Assembly (NCBI GenBank): GCA_039929105.1
Contig: JBDSRX010000016.1
Coordinates: forward strand, 1 to 54,403
Source of the DNA: Candidatus Dojkabacteria bacterium
GTDB lineage: Bacteria > Patescibacteriota > Dojkabacteria > J137
Direction of reading: 5' to 3'
DNA: 54,403 nucleotides
Under the pieces are notes generated by a model. That model had not been told where the DNA came from. It was given only the letters and a program-made list of their open reading frames with translations, and ran no database searches. The stretch's first letter is position 1. The number at the start of each line of letters is the position of its first letter. This document shows, piece after piece, positions 8,647-18,460 of this stretch. A program made the translations under genes and the position numbers.

Positions 8647-9384
8647 ATGGAATCGAAATTATCGTTTGTTATACCAGTTTATAACGAAGAAAAAACTCTT
8701 GAAGAACTAGTTAATAAAGTACTTGCAGTTCGTTTACCCTATAACTACTCAAAGGAATTAATTTTAGTGAATGATGGTTCTAAAGATAATTCTTGGCAAA
8801 TAATGTTAAAACTTTCTGCAAACTATAAAGAGATTAAATCAATTCAAAACGATAAGAATTTAGGCAAAACTCAAACAGTAAGAAATGGAATTCTAAAAAG
8901 CACTGGAGACTTTGTAGTCATTCAAGATGCAGATTTAGAGTACGACCCTAATGAAATTTCAGAGATTTTGAAACTTGCACTAGATAAACAATTAGATGCT
9001 GTTTATGGAAATAGATTTGGTAAAAAGAATAAAGTAATTTACTGGCAAAACTATTTTGGAAATAAACTTCTTACAGCTTTTTCAAATCTATTTACTTTCT
9101 TTAGATTCTGGGTATGGATTCCAGATATGGAAGTTTGCTATAAACTTGTCAACGGTGATGTATTCAGAGAAATAGCTAAAGATATTACTGCTACTTCAAA
9201 CTTTGGTTTCGAACCAGAAGTTACTGCAAAACTTTCTAAATACAAATTAAATGGTAAAAGGTTAAAATTAGGGATAGTGCCGATATCTTATTTCCCAAGA
9301 AGTATTGCTGAAGGGAAAAAAATGAATGCAATTAGAGATGGTTTTAAAGCAATGATAGAAATAATTAAGTACAACTTGAGTTGA
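8647..9384 (+). CDS. Family 2 glycosyltransferase, polyprenyl-phosphate sugar synthase-like
   Basis: LSFVIPVYNEEKTLEELV...VNDGSKDNS...IQDADLEYDPNEI. Confidence 0.75.
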   Translation: MESKLSFVIPVYNEEKTLEELVNKVLAVRLPYNYSKELILVNDGSKDNSWQIMLKLSANYKEIKSIQNDKNLGKTQTVRNGILKSTGDFVVIQDADLEYDPNEISEILKLALDKQLDAVYGNRFGKKNKVIYWQNYFGNKLLTAFSNLFTFFRFWVWIPDMEVCYKLVNGDVFREIAKDITATSNFGFEPEVTAKLSKYKLNGKRLKLGIVPISYFPRSIAEGKKMNAIRDGFKAMIEIIKYNLS

Positions 9385-9441
9385 AGGTTAATAGTTAAGG
9401 TTGCTAGCTTAATAGCAATTGTTTTACAGAAATTAAAGTAT

Positions 9442-10149
9442 ATGAGTCAAGATAAAATTTTTATAATAATCCCTGCTTTCAACGAAGAACCAGCAATTGG
9501 TGAAGTTATTGATTCTGTAAGACACGAAGGTTATGACGATATTATTGTAGTAAATGATGGTAGTTTAGATAAAACATCCCAAGAAGCAAACAAGAAAAAC
9601 TGTGTAGTTTTAGAACATTTAATAAATAGAGGTAAAGGAGCAGCAACTCAAACTGGAATGGATGCTGCGAGAGCTCTAGGAGCCGATTTTGCCGTAACAA
9701 TAGATGCTGATGGTCAACATGATCCTAAAGAAATTCATAGGATTTTAGAACATCTTTTTGATGAAACAGCAGATGTAACTTTGGGAAGTAGATTTATAAA
9801 TAATCAAAATATTCCTTTATCAAGAGTTCTTGCAAATAAAATAGGAAATCTACTAACTCTAGTTTTTTATGGAGCAACTTCAACAGATACTCAAAGTGGA
9901 TTTAGAGGTTACAATAAAAAGGCATTAGAACAAATACACACAACTTTTGATAGATTTGAATTTGAATCTGAGGTTATTTATCAAGCTAGAATCCATCAAC
10001 TTAGAACAACAGAAGTTCCAATTACTGTCACCTATTCAAAGTACTCTAAAGATAAATGGAAAGGATTGGAACATATGAATGTTTCTCAAAATTTAATGAA
10101 TGGATTTAGTATGTTCTTTAGAATGGTTATTAGAAGTATTACAACATGA
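9442..10149 (+). CDS. Family 2 glycosyltransferase, GtrB/DPM1-like
   Basis: IIIPAFNEEPAIGEVI...VVNDGSLDKT...GKGAATQTG...TIDADGQHDP. Confidence 0.8.
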   Translation: MSQDKIFIIIPAFNEEPAIGEVIDSVRHEGYDDIIVVNDGSLDKTSQEANKKNCVVLEHLINRGKGAATQTGMDAARALGADFAVTIDADGQHDPKEIHRILEHLFDETADVTLGSRFINNQNIPLSRVLANKIGNLLTLVFYGATSTDTQSGFRGYNKKALEQIHTTFDRFEFESEVIYQARIHQLRTTEVPITVTYSKYSKDKWKGLEHMNVSQNLMNGFSMFFRMVIRSITT

Positions 10150-10490
10150 CACAGGAATTCTTAACTTACCAAATAATTATTTTAATAGTTTGTGGATTTT
10201 TAATCTTAAGATCGGTCTACTTATTCATTATTAAAAAGAAAGGTTTAAGAGAAGTTTTATTAGCAATTTTAATATGGGGAAGTGTTAGTTTAATAAGTCT
10301 ATTTCCAGTGCTATTACAAGACTTTGCACATGTTTTAGGATTTGAATTAGGAGTTAATGCTCTACTCGTTATTTCAACAATAGTAATATTCTTCATTCTT
10401 TTAAGAACATTAATAAGAATGGATAAAATGCAAAATGATATTACAAAATTAGTGAGAGAACTTGCACTTAAAGAAATTAAAAAAGATTAG
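10146..10490 (+). CDS. DUF2304-like small membrane protein
   Basis: Three or four TM helices plus C-terminal amphipathic helix; ATGA overlap with the preceding GtrB-like gene, the usual DUF2304 context. Confidence 0.6.
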   Translation: MTQEFLTYQIIILIVCGFLILRSVYLFIIKKKGLREVLLAILIWGSVSLISLFPVLLQDFAHVLGFELGVNALLVISTIVIFFILLRTLIRMDKMQNDITKLVRELALKEIKKD

Positions 10491-11317
10491 ATACTTTTAA
10501 CCAATCTTTTTAGTAACCATCCTGTATTTGTTGTTTCTTTTGTTAAATCTTCAAGAGTTCTAACTTTATCCATATACAATTTTTGCAAGGCTAGAAAAGA
10601 TTCTGCTGAGTATTTCATATATGTTTCTTTATGATTTTTCATCATTTGCTCAGTTAGAATTTCATGATTTTTTAATGTATTTGAAACCATAGAATTTCCC
10701 CTTCTTCTGTATAAAAACAATGGCTCGTGGATTACTTTAAATTCCCATCCAGATTCTGCAATGCCAATGTATAAATCCCATTCTTCATAACCAAACTTCA
10801 TATTTGGATTATATCCATATTCATTCTTTGTTTTTACTTCTTCAAAAGCTTTTCTTCTAATTAAAGAGCAAACAGATACATGGTTTAAAACTAATTGAAA
10901 CCCTAGGTCAAATTCTCGCATCGACATAATCTTATTCTCAATTCCAAAAAATTGTTGGTCTGTATAAACTACACCAACTTTTTCATTAGAAGTCATAACT
11001 TCCATTGTCTTTTCTATAAATTTTGGATCAAGTTTATCATCAGCATCTAATGGAACAAAGAACTCTGCTTTAGACTCATAAATTCCTGTATTTCTTGCCA
11101 TTGGTAAACCACCATTCTCTTTATGGATAACTTTTACTTTTTCTGATTGAAACTTATCAGCAATTGCGGGAGTCTTACCATCTGTAGATCCGTCCTCAAC
11201 TATTATTACTTCAATATTAGAATAAGTTTGAGCAAGTGCAGAATTTACAGAATCTTCAAGAAACTGTCCTTGATTATAAAGAGGAATAATTATTGAAACT
11301 AATGGTTTGTCTGACAT
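10487..11317 (-). CDS. Family 2 glycosyltransferase
   Basis: LVSIIIPLYNQGQFLEDSVNSALAQTY.NIEVIIVEDGSTDG...LDADD. Confidence 0.85.
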   Translation of the reverse strand: MSDKPLVSIIIPLYNQGQFLEDSVNSALAQTYSNIEVIIVEDGSTDGKTPAIADKFQSEKVKVIHKENGGLPMARNTGIYESKAEFFVPLDADDKLDPKFIEKTMEVMTSNEKVGVVYTDQQFFGIENKIMSMREFDLGFQLVLNHVSVCSLIRRKAFEEVKTKNEYGYNPNMKFGYEEWDLYIGIAESGWEFKVIHEPLFLYRRRGNSMVSNTLKNHEILTEQMMKNHKETYMKYSAESFLALQKLYMDKVRTLEDLTKETTNTGWLLKRLVKSI

Positions 11318-11326
11318 TACATTTAT

Positions 11327-12184
11327 TTAAAATTTAATCCAATTCTCAGGAATTAAATCAATCGGGTTCTCTTTATCGTTATACCATCTTTTAGGTGCGC
11401 AAACTATTTTATTAGGATTCCTAGAAAGATATGCTCCCCACCAACTAAATGTACTGTTTGCGATAATATAATGTTTACAAGCATTCATAAGTGCTAAATC
11501 TTCATAACCTAATTCTATTGGGTTGTAGGAAACTTCTGTAGGCGAGTTCGTTTTAATATTCTCTTTTGCCCAATCAGGATCATCTGAAAATAAAAAATAA
11601 TTAGGGTTTTCTACATGAGAATTAATGTATGCAATTGCATTATTATAGTAATCCATTGGGGCAGTACCATGCACCGAATTTGTATGGGAATTACTTACAT
11701 AATCTCCTCTTCTCACATGAAGACATATAGCATTAGAATTGTTTATCTTTTCTAAAAGTTCTTGGGAATATTTTGTAGGTGCATCCTTCAATTGAAATTC
11801 ATCTTTTAAAATTTCTTTAATGTCATCAAAGTACTTTAAGTTTTGCCAGAATCCATCAAGGTAGACATTCTTGCCACCTTGCAAATAGAAATCTTCATAT
11901 GCATGAGTTTGATCTTGAAAGTAAATTTTGTAAGCCCAATTTTTTAAAAAACTAACTCTTGTACCTAGAGCATTCGTAATTCTATAAATGTAATACTCTG
12001 GTTTGTTTAAGACAGAACCTCTTATCTTATATCTTGTAAGCATTAAATCTCTTTGAATCCCAGCCTTCTTTGTATAGTCATCTAATTTAACTTGGTTTCC
12101 ATTGTGCATTTGCATATATTTTCTACCAATAGCGTATTGAAACATTTGATTCCCTAAGCCACCTTTTAATCTTACAATTATCAT
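11327..12184 (-). CDS. Alpha-1,2-fucosyltransferase (GT11)
   Basis: MIIVRLKGGLGNQMFQYA N-terminus and HVRRGDY motif. Confidence 0.85.
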   Translation of the reverse strand: MIIVRLKGGLGNQMFQYAIGRKYMQMHNGNQVKLDDYTKKAGIQRDLMLTRYKIRGSVLNKPEYYIYRITNALGTRVSFLKNWAYKIYFQDQTHAYEDFYLQGGKNVYLDGFWQNLKYFDDIKEILKDEFQLKDAPTKYSQELLEKINNSNAICLHVRRGDYVSNSHTNSVHGTAPMDYYNNAIAYINSHVENPNYFLFSDDPDWAKENIKTNSPTEVSYNPIELGYEDLALMNACKHYIIANSTFSWWGAYLSRNPNKIVCAPKRWYNDKENPIDLIPENWIKF

Positions 12185-12194
12185 CTTTAAAATT

Positions 12195-13088
12195 TTAAAA
12201 TATACCTATAACTAATTTAAAAAGAATATTAAATCTAAAAAATAAATAATTTAGATTTAATACCGAATCTTTATAATCATTTCTAATTTTCTCTATTATC
12301 CTATTATTTATTGATATTAAATAGAAGAGGTCTCTTGGGCTTAATTTCTTCGTTGTTTGAAACCTTATGAACTGGCTATATCCATTTGTACTACCATTGT
12401 AATAAATGAAGTTCTCTTCTGAAATCTTTTTAACATTTTCAAGAACAGGTTCTTTAAAAGTATTTGAATAATTAGTTTCGTGTTCTCTATAATCAATTAA
12501 TATTTTATGCAAATTACTTCCTTTATATTTTTTTAGAATTTTTGAAAAGTAAGTAAAATCTTCTGCTTTTGCATTAATATACCCTCCGATTTCATCGTAA
12601 ACTTTTTTTCTAAACATAACAGTTGGATGGCAGAAATAAGTATTACTTATAAACTTCCATGCAAGTTCAATACTATTGCTAGGATGGAAAATTTCTAATC
12701 TTCTTTCTGAATTAAATGGTGCGTAACCACCTCCTAAAATAGATACTTCAGGATGAGATTTTAAGAATTCAATTTGCTCTTCAAACCTTAATGATTTATT
12801 AATATCATCCGAATCTGCTCTGGCAATATACTCACCTTGTGCAATTTCTAATCCAGAATTTAATCCACCACTTATTCCTTTTTCAAATTTGTTATTAATT
12901 AATTTAATCCTAGAATCTTTTTGCTGAAGTGTTTTCACAATACCTTCAGAATTATCTGTAGAAGCATCGTTTATTATTATTAGTTCAAAGTTTTTGTATG
13001 TTTGATTTAATAAACTTTCAACAGATTCTGCAAGAAATTGCTCTCCATTATAAACAGGCATTAATACACTTATTAATGGTTGGTCCAT
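12195..13088 (-). CDS. Family 2 glycosyltransferase
   Basis: LISVLMPVYNGEQFLAESVESLLNQTYKNFELIIINDASTDNS...RADSDD. Confidence 0.85.
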   Translation of the reverse strand: MDQPLISVLMPVYNGEQFLAESVESLLNQTYKNFELIIINDASTDNSEGIVKTLQQKDSRIKLINNKFEKGISGGLNSGLEIAQGEYIARADSDDINKSLRFEEQIEFLKSHPEVSILGGGYAPFNSERRLEIFHPSNSIELAWKFISNTYFCHPTVMFRKKVYDEIGGYINAKAEDFTYFSKILKKYKGSNLHKILIDYREHETNYSNTFKEPVLENVKKISEENFIYYNGSTNGYSQFIRFQTTKKLSPRDLFYLISINNRIIEKIRNDYKDSVLNLNYLFFRFNILFKLVIGIF

Positions 13089-13090
13089 AT

Positions 13091-15274
13091 TTATACCTTA
13101 AAGATAATTAAGAAACCATTCCTTCCAATTCTAAGGACTTGTTTTAAAGCATAAAAGAATTCTGTTCTAAATATAACTGCACATCTTTTGAGAATGTAAA
13201 GTTTCATAGATCCATTCGTATCGTTAAAGATTTTGTTCTTAGACTCTTGAGTTAAACTTTCCATTGCTAGTTTAAAGAAACTCATATCAGACAATCTATT
13301 AATAACTTGGTTAGCAATACTAAACTCCCAGCTAGTTGGTATCTTTTCGACTGGAACTTGAGTGGCCCATTTATTTAGAAATTTAAGTTCATTTGTAAAC
13401 ATTAATTGACCATCGCTTTGCCTATTAGTTCCATGTCTTCTAATTTTTACTAAAGATTTGTAAACATAATCAAATTCGAATTTTTGAGCAAGTTCTAACC
13501 ACTTATCCCAATCTTCATGTGTTTGTAAATTTTCATCGTAATAACCTGCAGTTTCAAAACAACTTCTTTTTATCAATACCGCGCTCGCACTTCCAGTAAC
13601 TTTATTTGTTTCTAATAAATCATCAAATACATATCCTCTTACATTTGGATCCAATGGAAATATGTACGCATTTTGTAAATTCTCGCCCTTCTCATCTATC
13701 ACTGAATATTTAGAATAAACCAAACCTACATTTTTTAATGGAGTTGTTTCAAATACTCGCAATTGAGATTCTAATTTATCTTTTTCCCAAACATCGTCTG
13801 CATCACAAAACCCTATAAATTCTGCATCAGATAATTTAATACCAGCGTTTCTAGCAGAATTGGGGCCACCATTTTCTTTCTTAACGTAATTGATTTTTAC
13901 TTCAGATTTGTAATTTTTAATAACCTCTTCAGTATTATCTTTTGAACCATCGTCAATAATAATAATCTGTCTTGGTTTTACTGTCTGATTCTCAATTGCC
14001 TTAATGGTATCTAGAATAAATGAAGCTTGGTTATAAGCAGGAATTATTACATCAATCACTTTATTTTCTAAAGTTTCATCAACCCCTTTAAAATTATTAT
14101 CTAAAACATCATTGTAAAGTTTCTCATATTCTTTAGAGATTTTTTCCCAAGTGTATTTCTCTTCCCATACCCTATACCCATCTTCAGAAAGTTTCTTTAA
14201 TTTCTCTTTATCTTTAAAAAGATCTTCTAAAATATTTGTTGATTCTTTAACATCAACTTCTACATTTCCATTTGGAAACTTTCTTAATGTAGGTAGAACA
14301 ATACCTCCATTGCTCCATTTTGTTATTTCGGCAGAATTACCTGCATTGCTTGTTAAGAATGGTGTATGTGCAGCCATAGCCTCAAATAAGACTACTGGGG
14401 ATGCTTCGATATTTGATGGAAATAAGAACAAATTCGCACTTTTGAAAAGTGGGACAAGTTTTATTCTATCTAAATCAGTTAATAATATTTTCTTCCCATC
14501 GGAAGTCCTTATTGGATTACTATTAAACTTGTCTACTTCTGTTTTGCAATACTCATTGCAGTTCTCACCTTCTGGGTAAACATTTCCATTGATTACAAAT
14601 GTTGCATTTCTAACATCTGCATTATTAAATATTTCAATTGCTTCTTTATGTCCTTTTTGGTTTGTATGTGAACCAATATGTAAAATCAAAAAATGAGATT
14701 CTGGAATTCCTAATTCTTTTCTAACATCCAAATTACTTTCAGCTAAAAACTCTCTTTCATCTGCACCATTTGGGATTAGTATTCTTTTTGTTACTCCATT
14801 ATCTCTAGCAAATTTAACATCTCTATAGTCCTCTGCTAAAAATACATTTGCATCAAAATCCTTCATCCATTTCTCCATCTTTTTAAAATACTCGTCATGA
14901 AAAGTTGAATAAAGACCAGAGAAACCTGTAGGAATAAAAACTTTTTTACCTTTAATTTTATCTAATAAAGGGAGAGCAATATCTGTTAAAGATTGCTGTG
15001 CAGCAAAACAAGAAACAATATCAAAATCACTATCTATTAAAAACTTCTCATATTCTTTCACATCGCCTTTTAAACCTGCAGAGAAATTTCCAGAAACATT
15101 GAATCCTTTTATTTTTACTCCGTTAATTACTTCTTCCTTCCTATCTTCATTTTCCTTTGTGGCAACGGTAATATCATGTCCCAAAAGTACTAATCTCTCA
15201 GATAACTGTTTAACAACTTCTTGCATTCCACCTTTTGAGGGGGAGTAATTTTCAACTAAATGTAGAATTTTCAT
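13091..15274 (-). CDS. Two-domain glycosyltransferase (N-terminal GT4/GT-B fused to C-terminal GT2/GT-A)
   Basis: N-terminus KILHLVENYSPSKGGMQEVV and ...FPSNIEASPVVLFEAMAAHTPFL (GT-B EX7E region); C-terminus VIDVIIPAYNQASFILDTIKAIENQT...IIDDGSKDNT...CDADD. Confidence 0.8.
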   Translation of the reverse strand: MKILHLVENYSPSKGGMQEVVKQLSERLVLLGHDITVATKENEDRKEEVINGVKIKGFNVSGNFSAGLKGDVKEYEKFLIDSDFDIVSCFAAQQSLTDIALPLLDKIKGKKVFIPTGFSGLYSTFHDEYFKKMEKWMKDFDANVFLAEDYRDVKFARDNGVTKRILIPNGADEREFLAESNLDVRKELGIPESHFLILHIGSHTNQKGHKEAIEIFNNADVRNATFVINGNVYPEGENCNEYCKTEVDKFNSNPIRTSDGKKILLTDLDRIKLVPLFKSANLFLFPSNIEASPVVLFEAMAAHTPFLTSNAGNSAEITKWSNGGIVLPTLRKFPNGNVEVDVKESTNILEDLFKDKEKLKKLSEDGYRVWEEKYTWEKISKEYEKLYNDVLDNNFKGVDETLENKVIDVIIPAYNQASFILDTIKAIENQTVKPRQIIIIDDGSKDNTEEVIKNYKSEVKINYVKKENGGPNSARNAGIKLSDAEFIGFCDADDVWEKDKLESQLRVFETTPLKNVGLVYSKYSVIDEKGENLQNAYIFPLDPNVRGYVFDDLLETNKVTGSASAVLIKRSCFETAGYYDENLQTHEDWDKWLELAQKFEFDYVYKSLVKIRRHGTNRQSDGQLMFTNELKFLNKWATQVPVEKIPTSWEFSIANQVINRLSDMSFFKLAMESLTQESKNKIFNDTNGSMKLYILKRCAVIFRTEFFYALKQVLRIGRNGFLIIFKV

Positions 15275-16272
15275 TTGAATATTTTTTTATAAAACACTTT
15301 TAAAGTAAACTTTATCGATTTAACAATATCAATTGATGCAACTGAAGAATTCCAAAGAAATGATACTTTATCCTTTGTACCCAAAACACCATTATCTATT
15401 ATATCAAAGTAGTAGCTATAAACTACTTTACTAAAAGCACCTTTAGGATATATACCTGTCTTTTGATTAGCTTTAAATAAATTAGTCAAATGGTTTAAAT
15501 ACTTTATTGTATCATCATTATTTGTCGGAATAGTTCCATTACCTAAGTTTCTATGTAATTCTGCTAAATCATCATCAGCATCAATACCTAATTCGATCAA
15601 CGATTCTTTCATCATATTATCAATTACAACTTTTACTTGAGGACTATTTACTTGGCTATAGCTAACATTCGATATTCTATAATCCAATAATACTTCGGGA
15701 ATATTATGAAGTTTTGTTTTAAAGCTAGCTCTTCTCCATAAATCAAAATCTTCTGCTAAGAACAATTTATAATTTAAGCCTAAGTCTTTAAGAGCTTTTA
15801 ATCTCATTATTACGGTTGGATGAGCAATTATATTTGTGAAAAATAACCGAGACATAATTTCATCATGTTCAAGAGCAGGTTCTAATACAAAATCAGCAGC
15901 ACCAAAACAATGTAACCAAGATCCACAAATTCCTATCTCTGGATTTGAATCCATAAAATTAACTTGTTTCTGAAATCTCTCAGGCATGCAAATATCGTCC
16001 GCATCCATTCTAATAATATATTCACCACTGGCTTCTTCTAGTCCACGATTTAGTGTGGGAACCAAATTCATGTTTTGGGGATTATGCAGTAACTTTATTC
16101 TTGAATCTTGAAAGCTTTCTACAACTGAAACACTATTGTCTGTACAACCATCGTCAATAATTAAAAACTCAAAGTCTTTAAAAGTTTGATTAAGAACGCT
16201 TTCGATGGATTCATTAACAGTCTGTTCTGCATTGAAAAGTGGCATTAAAACGCTAACTTTAGGTGCATTCAT
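15271..16272 (-). CDS. Family 2 glycosyltransferase
   Basis: VSVLMPLFNAEQTVNESIESVLNQTF.DFEFLIIDDGCTDNS...RMDADD. Confidence 0.85.
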   Translation of the reverse strand: MNAPKVSVLMPLFNAEQTVNESIESVLNQTFKDFEFLIIDDGCTDNSVSVVESFQDSRIKLLHNPQNMNLVPTLNRGLEEASGEYIIRMDADDICMPERFQKQVNFMDSNPEIGICGSWLHCFGAADFVLEPALEHDEIMSRLFFTNIIAHPTVIMRLKALKDLGLNYKLFLAEDFDLWRRASFKTKLHNIPEVLLDYRISNVSYSQVNSPQVKVVIDNMMKESLIELGIDADDDLAELHRNLGNGTIPTNNDDTIKYLNHLTNLFKANQKTGIYPKGAFSKVVYSYYFDIIDNGVLGTKDKVSFLWNSSVASIDIVKSIKFTLKVFYKKIFK

Positions 16273-16281
16273 ATTTGAAGC

Positions 16282-17214
16282 TTAATTTGTAGGAGTATCG
16301 GCTTTAGGACTAATTAATTCTTTAGCTGCTTTCTTAGGATTCTTAATACTCTTTCCTAATTTATAAACTAAAGTATCTTGAATCTTTTTAAATTGTTGTT
16401 TGTAATCTGAAAGCTCTAATTGAGTATTATATAAGTCTGCTTTTAACTTTTCTTTTTCTTCATTTGCCTGTGATAAAGAACCTTCTAATTCTTCTTTAAC
16501 AATTCTCAAATCTATAACTTCTTTTCTTGATGATCTCAATTCATTCTTATCGTATTCACTTTGTTCTTCGTAAACCTCAGCTGTCATATTCGCTGGTCTT
16601 TTTTTCCAATTCTCCCAAATAAATTCGTATTGGAAAGTTAGGTAGTGAGTTTTATTTAATTTCTCTCTTAATTCAAGCATTCTCTTTTCAGCATCTTCTA
16701 CAAAATCATGGAATTGTACTTGAATATTTTCTACATCATTAATCAAACCAGTTTCTATCAAATCTGTTAACAAAGAGTACTCACCTCCTTCAATGTTAAT
16801 TTCAATTAGATCTATTTTTTTAATCTTATTCTCTTTAATGAACTCCGAAATCCTTACTGATTCAATATCTAAAGTTTGACCTTGTCCTGATTTAAATGTT
16901 GAAGTTTTATCATCAAAAAGATTTATTGTTGTTGTTTCATTTTTATCTGAAAGCGCAAAAGGATAAACAAAGATATTTTCGTTACCTTTAAATCTTTCTG
17001 AAATTTTATCTGCATATTCTTTTACGGGCTCAAAAACATAAACTTTACTCCCAAATTTCTCATGAACATCTGCAGTAGATTGACCTAAATATCCACCAAC
17101 ATCAAATACTACTGAATCTTTATCTAAGTGATAGTCTAATCTGTAAGTCTTATCTCCATTTCTTTCAAACCAAGAAGGAGCTCTGTATTTCTGCATATTT
17201 ATTTGGTTAGCCAT
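16282..17214 (-). CDS. FkbM-family SAM-dependent methyltransferase with C-terminal coiled-coil-like tail
   Basis: VFDVGGYLGQST...VYVFEPV motif region; last ~90 aa Glu/Lys/Leu-rich heptad-like (LRIVKEELEGSLSQANEEKEKLKADLYNTQLELSDYKQQFKKIQ). Confidence 0.75.
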   Translation of the reverse strand: MANQINMQKYRAPSWFERNGDKTYRLDYHLDKDSVVFDVGGYLGQSTADVHEKFGSKVYVFEPVKEYADKISERFKGNENIFVYPFALSDKNETTTINLFDDKTSTFKSGQGQTLDIESVRISEFIKENKIKKIDLIEINIEGGEYSLLTDLIETGLINDVENIQVQFHDFVEDAEKRMLELREKLNKTHYLTFQYEFIWENWKKRPANMTAEVYEEQSEYDKNELRSSRKEVIDLRIVKEELEGSLSQANEEKEKLKADLYNTQLELSDYKQQFKKIQDTLVYKLGKSIKNPKKAAKELISPKADTPTN

Positions 17215-17215
17215 A

Positions 17216-18457
17216 TTATTTTTCTAATTTCAAATCCCACTGTGGGAATGGTGTTACTAAACCGTAACTAATTGTCCCATTGGAATCTACTCTAAAGTTA
17301 TATGCTTTATCGTGCCATTCTAAATGGTTATTAATATCATTATTCTCTGTTAATGTAATAGTGCATTTATATTCAGAAGCTTTTAATGACAACTTATCGA
17401 CTTTGAAGTCTAAGTAACCCTTTCCTTCTAAACTATCAATTGGAAATCCATCAAAATTTGTATAGTTAGAAATTACCTGTATATTTTCTGGGTTTGAAAG
17501 AGAAACTGTAAAAATTGGTTTATTAATTTTTCGTTGAGAATCAAAATTAATTCTAATAGTTAAAGGATCTCCAACTTTAACTTCTTTGTTCTTTGTTTCA
17601 GTATTAAAGAATTCTACTCCTGTAATTCTAACTTTGTCGTCTGTATGGATGATACTTCCCATACCTTCTGTATTCTTAGAATCTTTTTCTAATATAAACT
17701 TCTCGTAATGATCACAAACAGATTGTGCATCTCCGTACTCTTTTGTAACTCCTTTATCAATCCATAATACTTCTTTACAAGTATTTCTAATTAACTGCAA
17801 ACCGTGACTAACAAGAATAATAGAACCTCCTGATTCTCTATATTCTGCAATTTTTCTGTAACATTTTAATGCAAACCCTAAATCTCCAACTGCTAGAACT
17901 TCGTCAGCTAGAAGGATTTCTGGCTTTGAATGTATAGCAATGGAGAAGCCTAACCTAATAGTCATTCCAGATGAATATGTTGCAACTGGAGCATCTATAA
18001 AATCTCCAATATCTGCAAAGTTAATAATATTCTCATACTCTCTTTCAATATCTTCTTTAGTCATTCCTAAAATAGTACCGTTAAGGTAAATGTTCTCTCT
18101 ACCAGTCATGTGGGGATGAAAACCAGCTCCAACTGCAATTAAAGCACCAATTTTACCTTTAACTCTCACCTCCCCTTTATCAGGAGGGAAGATACCATTA
18201 ATAATTCTTAATAAAGTAGTTTTTCCAGAACCGTTTTGACCAATAATACCAAGTGCTTCACCTTTCTTTAAAGTAAAATTAATATCTTCTAAAGACCAAA
18301 ACTCACCTTTTCTAAGTTTTCCCTGGTCGTAATTAGTACCCAACATATTTCGGGTTACATCACTTAAGCCGTAAAACAAACTTCGTTTTAAGCTTCGTGT
18401 AAACTTTTTATATAAATGCTCTACTTCAATTACGTTATCAGGGTTTTTCATTTGCAT
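17216..18457 (-). CDS. wzt: Polysaccharide ABC exporter ATP-binding protein (Wzt/TagH-like) with C-terminal extension
   Basis: Walker A GQNGSGKTT, signature YSSGM, Walker B ILLADEV; ~170 extra beta-rich C-terminal residues. Confidence 0.9.
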   Translation of the reverse strand: MQMKNPDNVIEVEHLYKKFTRSLKRSLFYGLSDVTRNMLGTNYDQGKLRKGEFWSLEDINFTLKKGEALGIIGQNGSGKTTLLRIINGIFPPDKGEVRVKGKIGALIAVGAGFHPHMTGRENIYLNGTILGMTKEDIEREYENIINFADIGDFIDAPVATYSSGMTIRLGFSIAIHSKPEILLADEVLAVGDLGFALKCYRKIAEYRESGGSIILVSHGLQLIRNTCKEVLWIDKGVTKEYGDAQSVCDHYEKFILEKDSKNTEGMGSIIHTDDKVRITGVEFFNTETKNKEVKVGDPLTIRINFDSQRKINKPIFTVSLSNPENIQVISNYTNFDGFPIDSLEGKGYLDFKVDKLSLKASEYKCTITLTENNDINNHLEWHDKAYNFRVDSNGTISYGLVTPFPQWDLKLEK

Positions 18458-18460
18458 ATA

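Noticed and set aside
14151-14579. Long antisense ORFs in the track. Examples: 4563-4793, 14151-14579, 18720-18941, 21643-21879, 34050-34256, 34587-34829, 41635-42054, 46881-47078, 48508-48732, 53625-53900
   Set aside because: Each lies fully inside a strongly supported gene on the other strand. Each has low-complexity, Ser/Thr/Phe/Ile-rich translations with no motifs. I treat them as shadows of the real frames.
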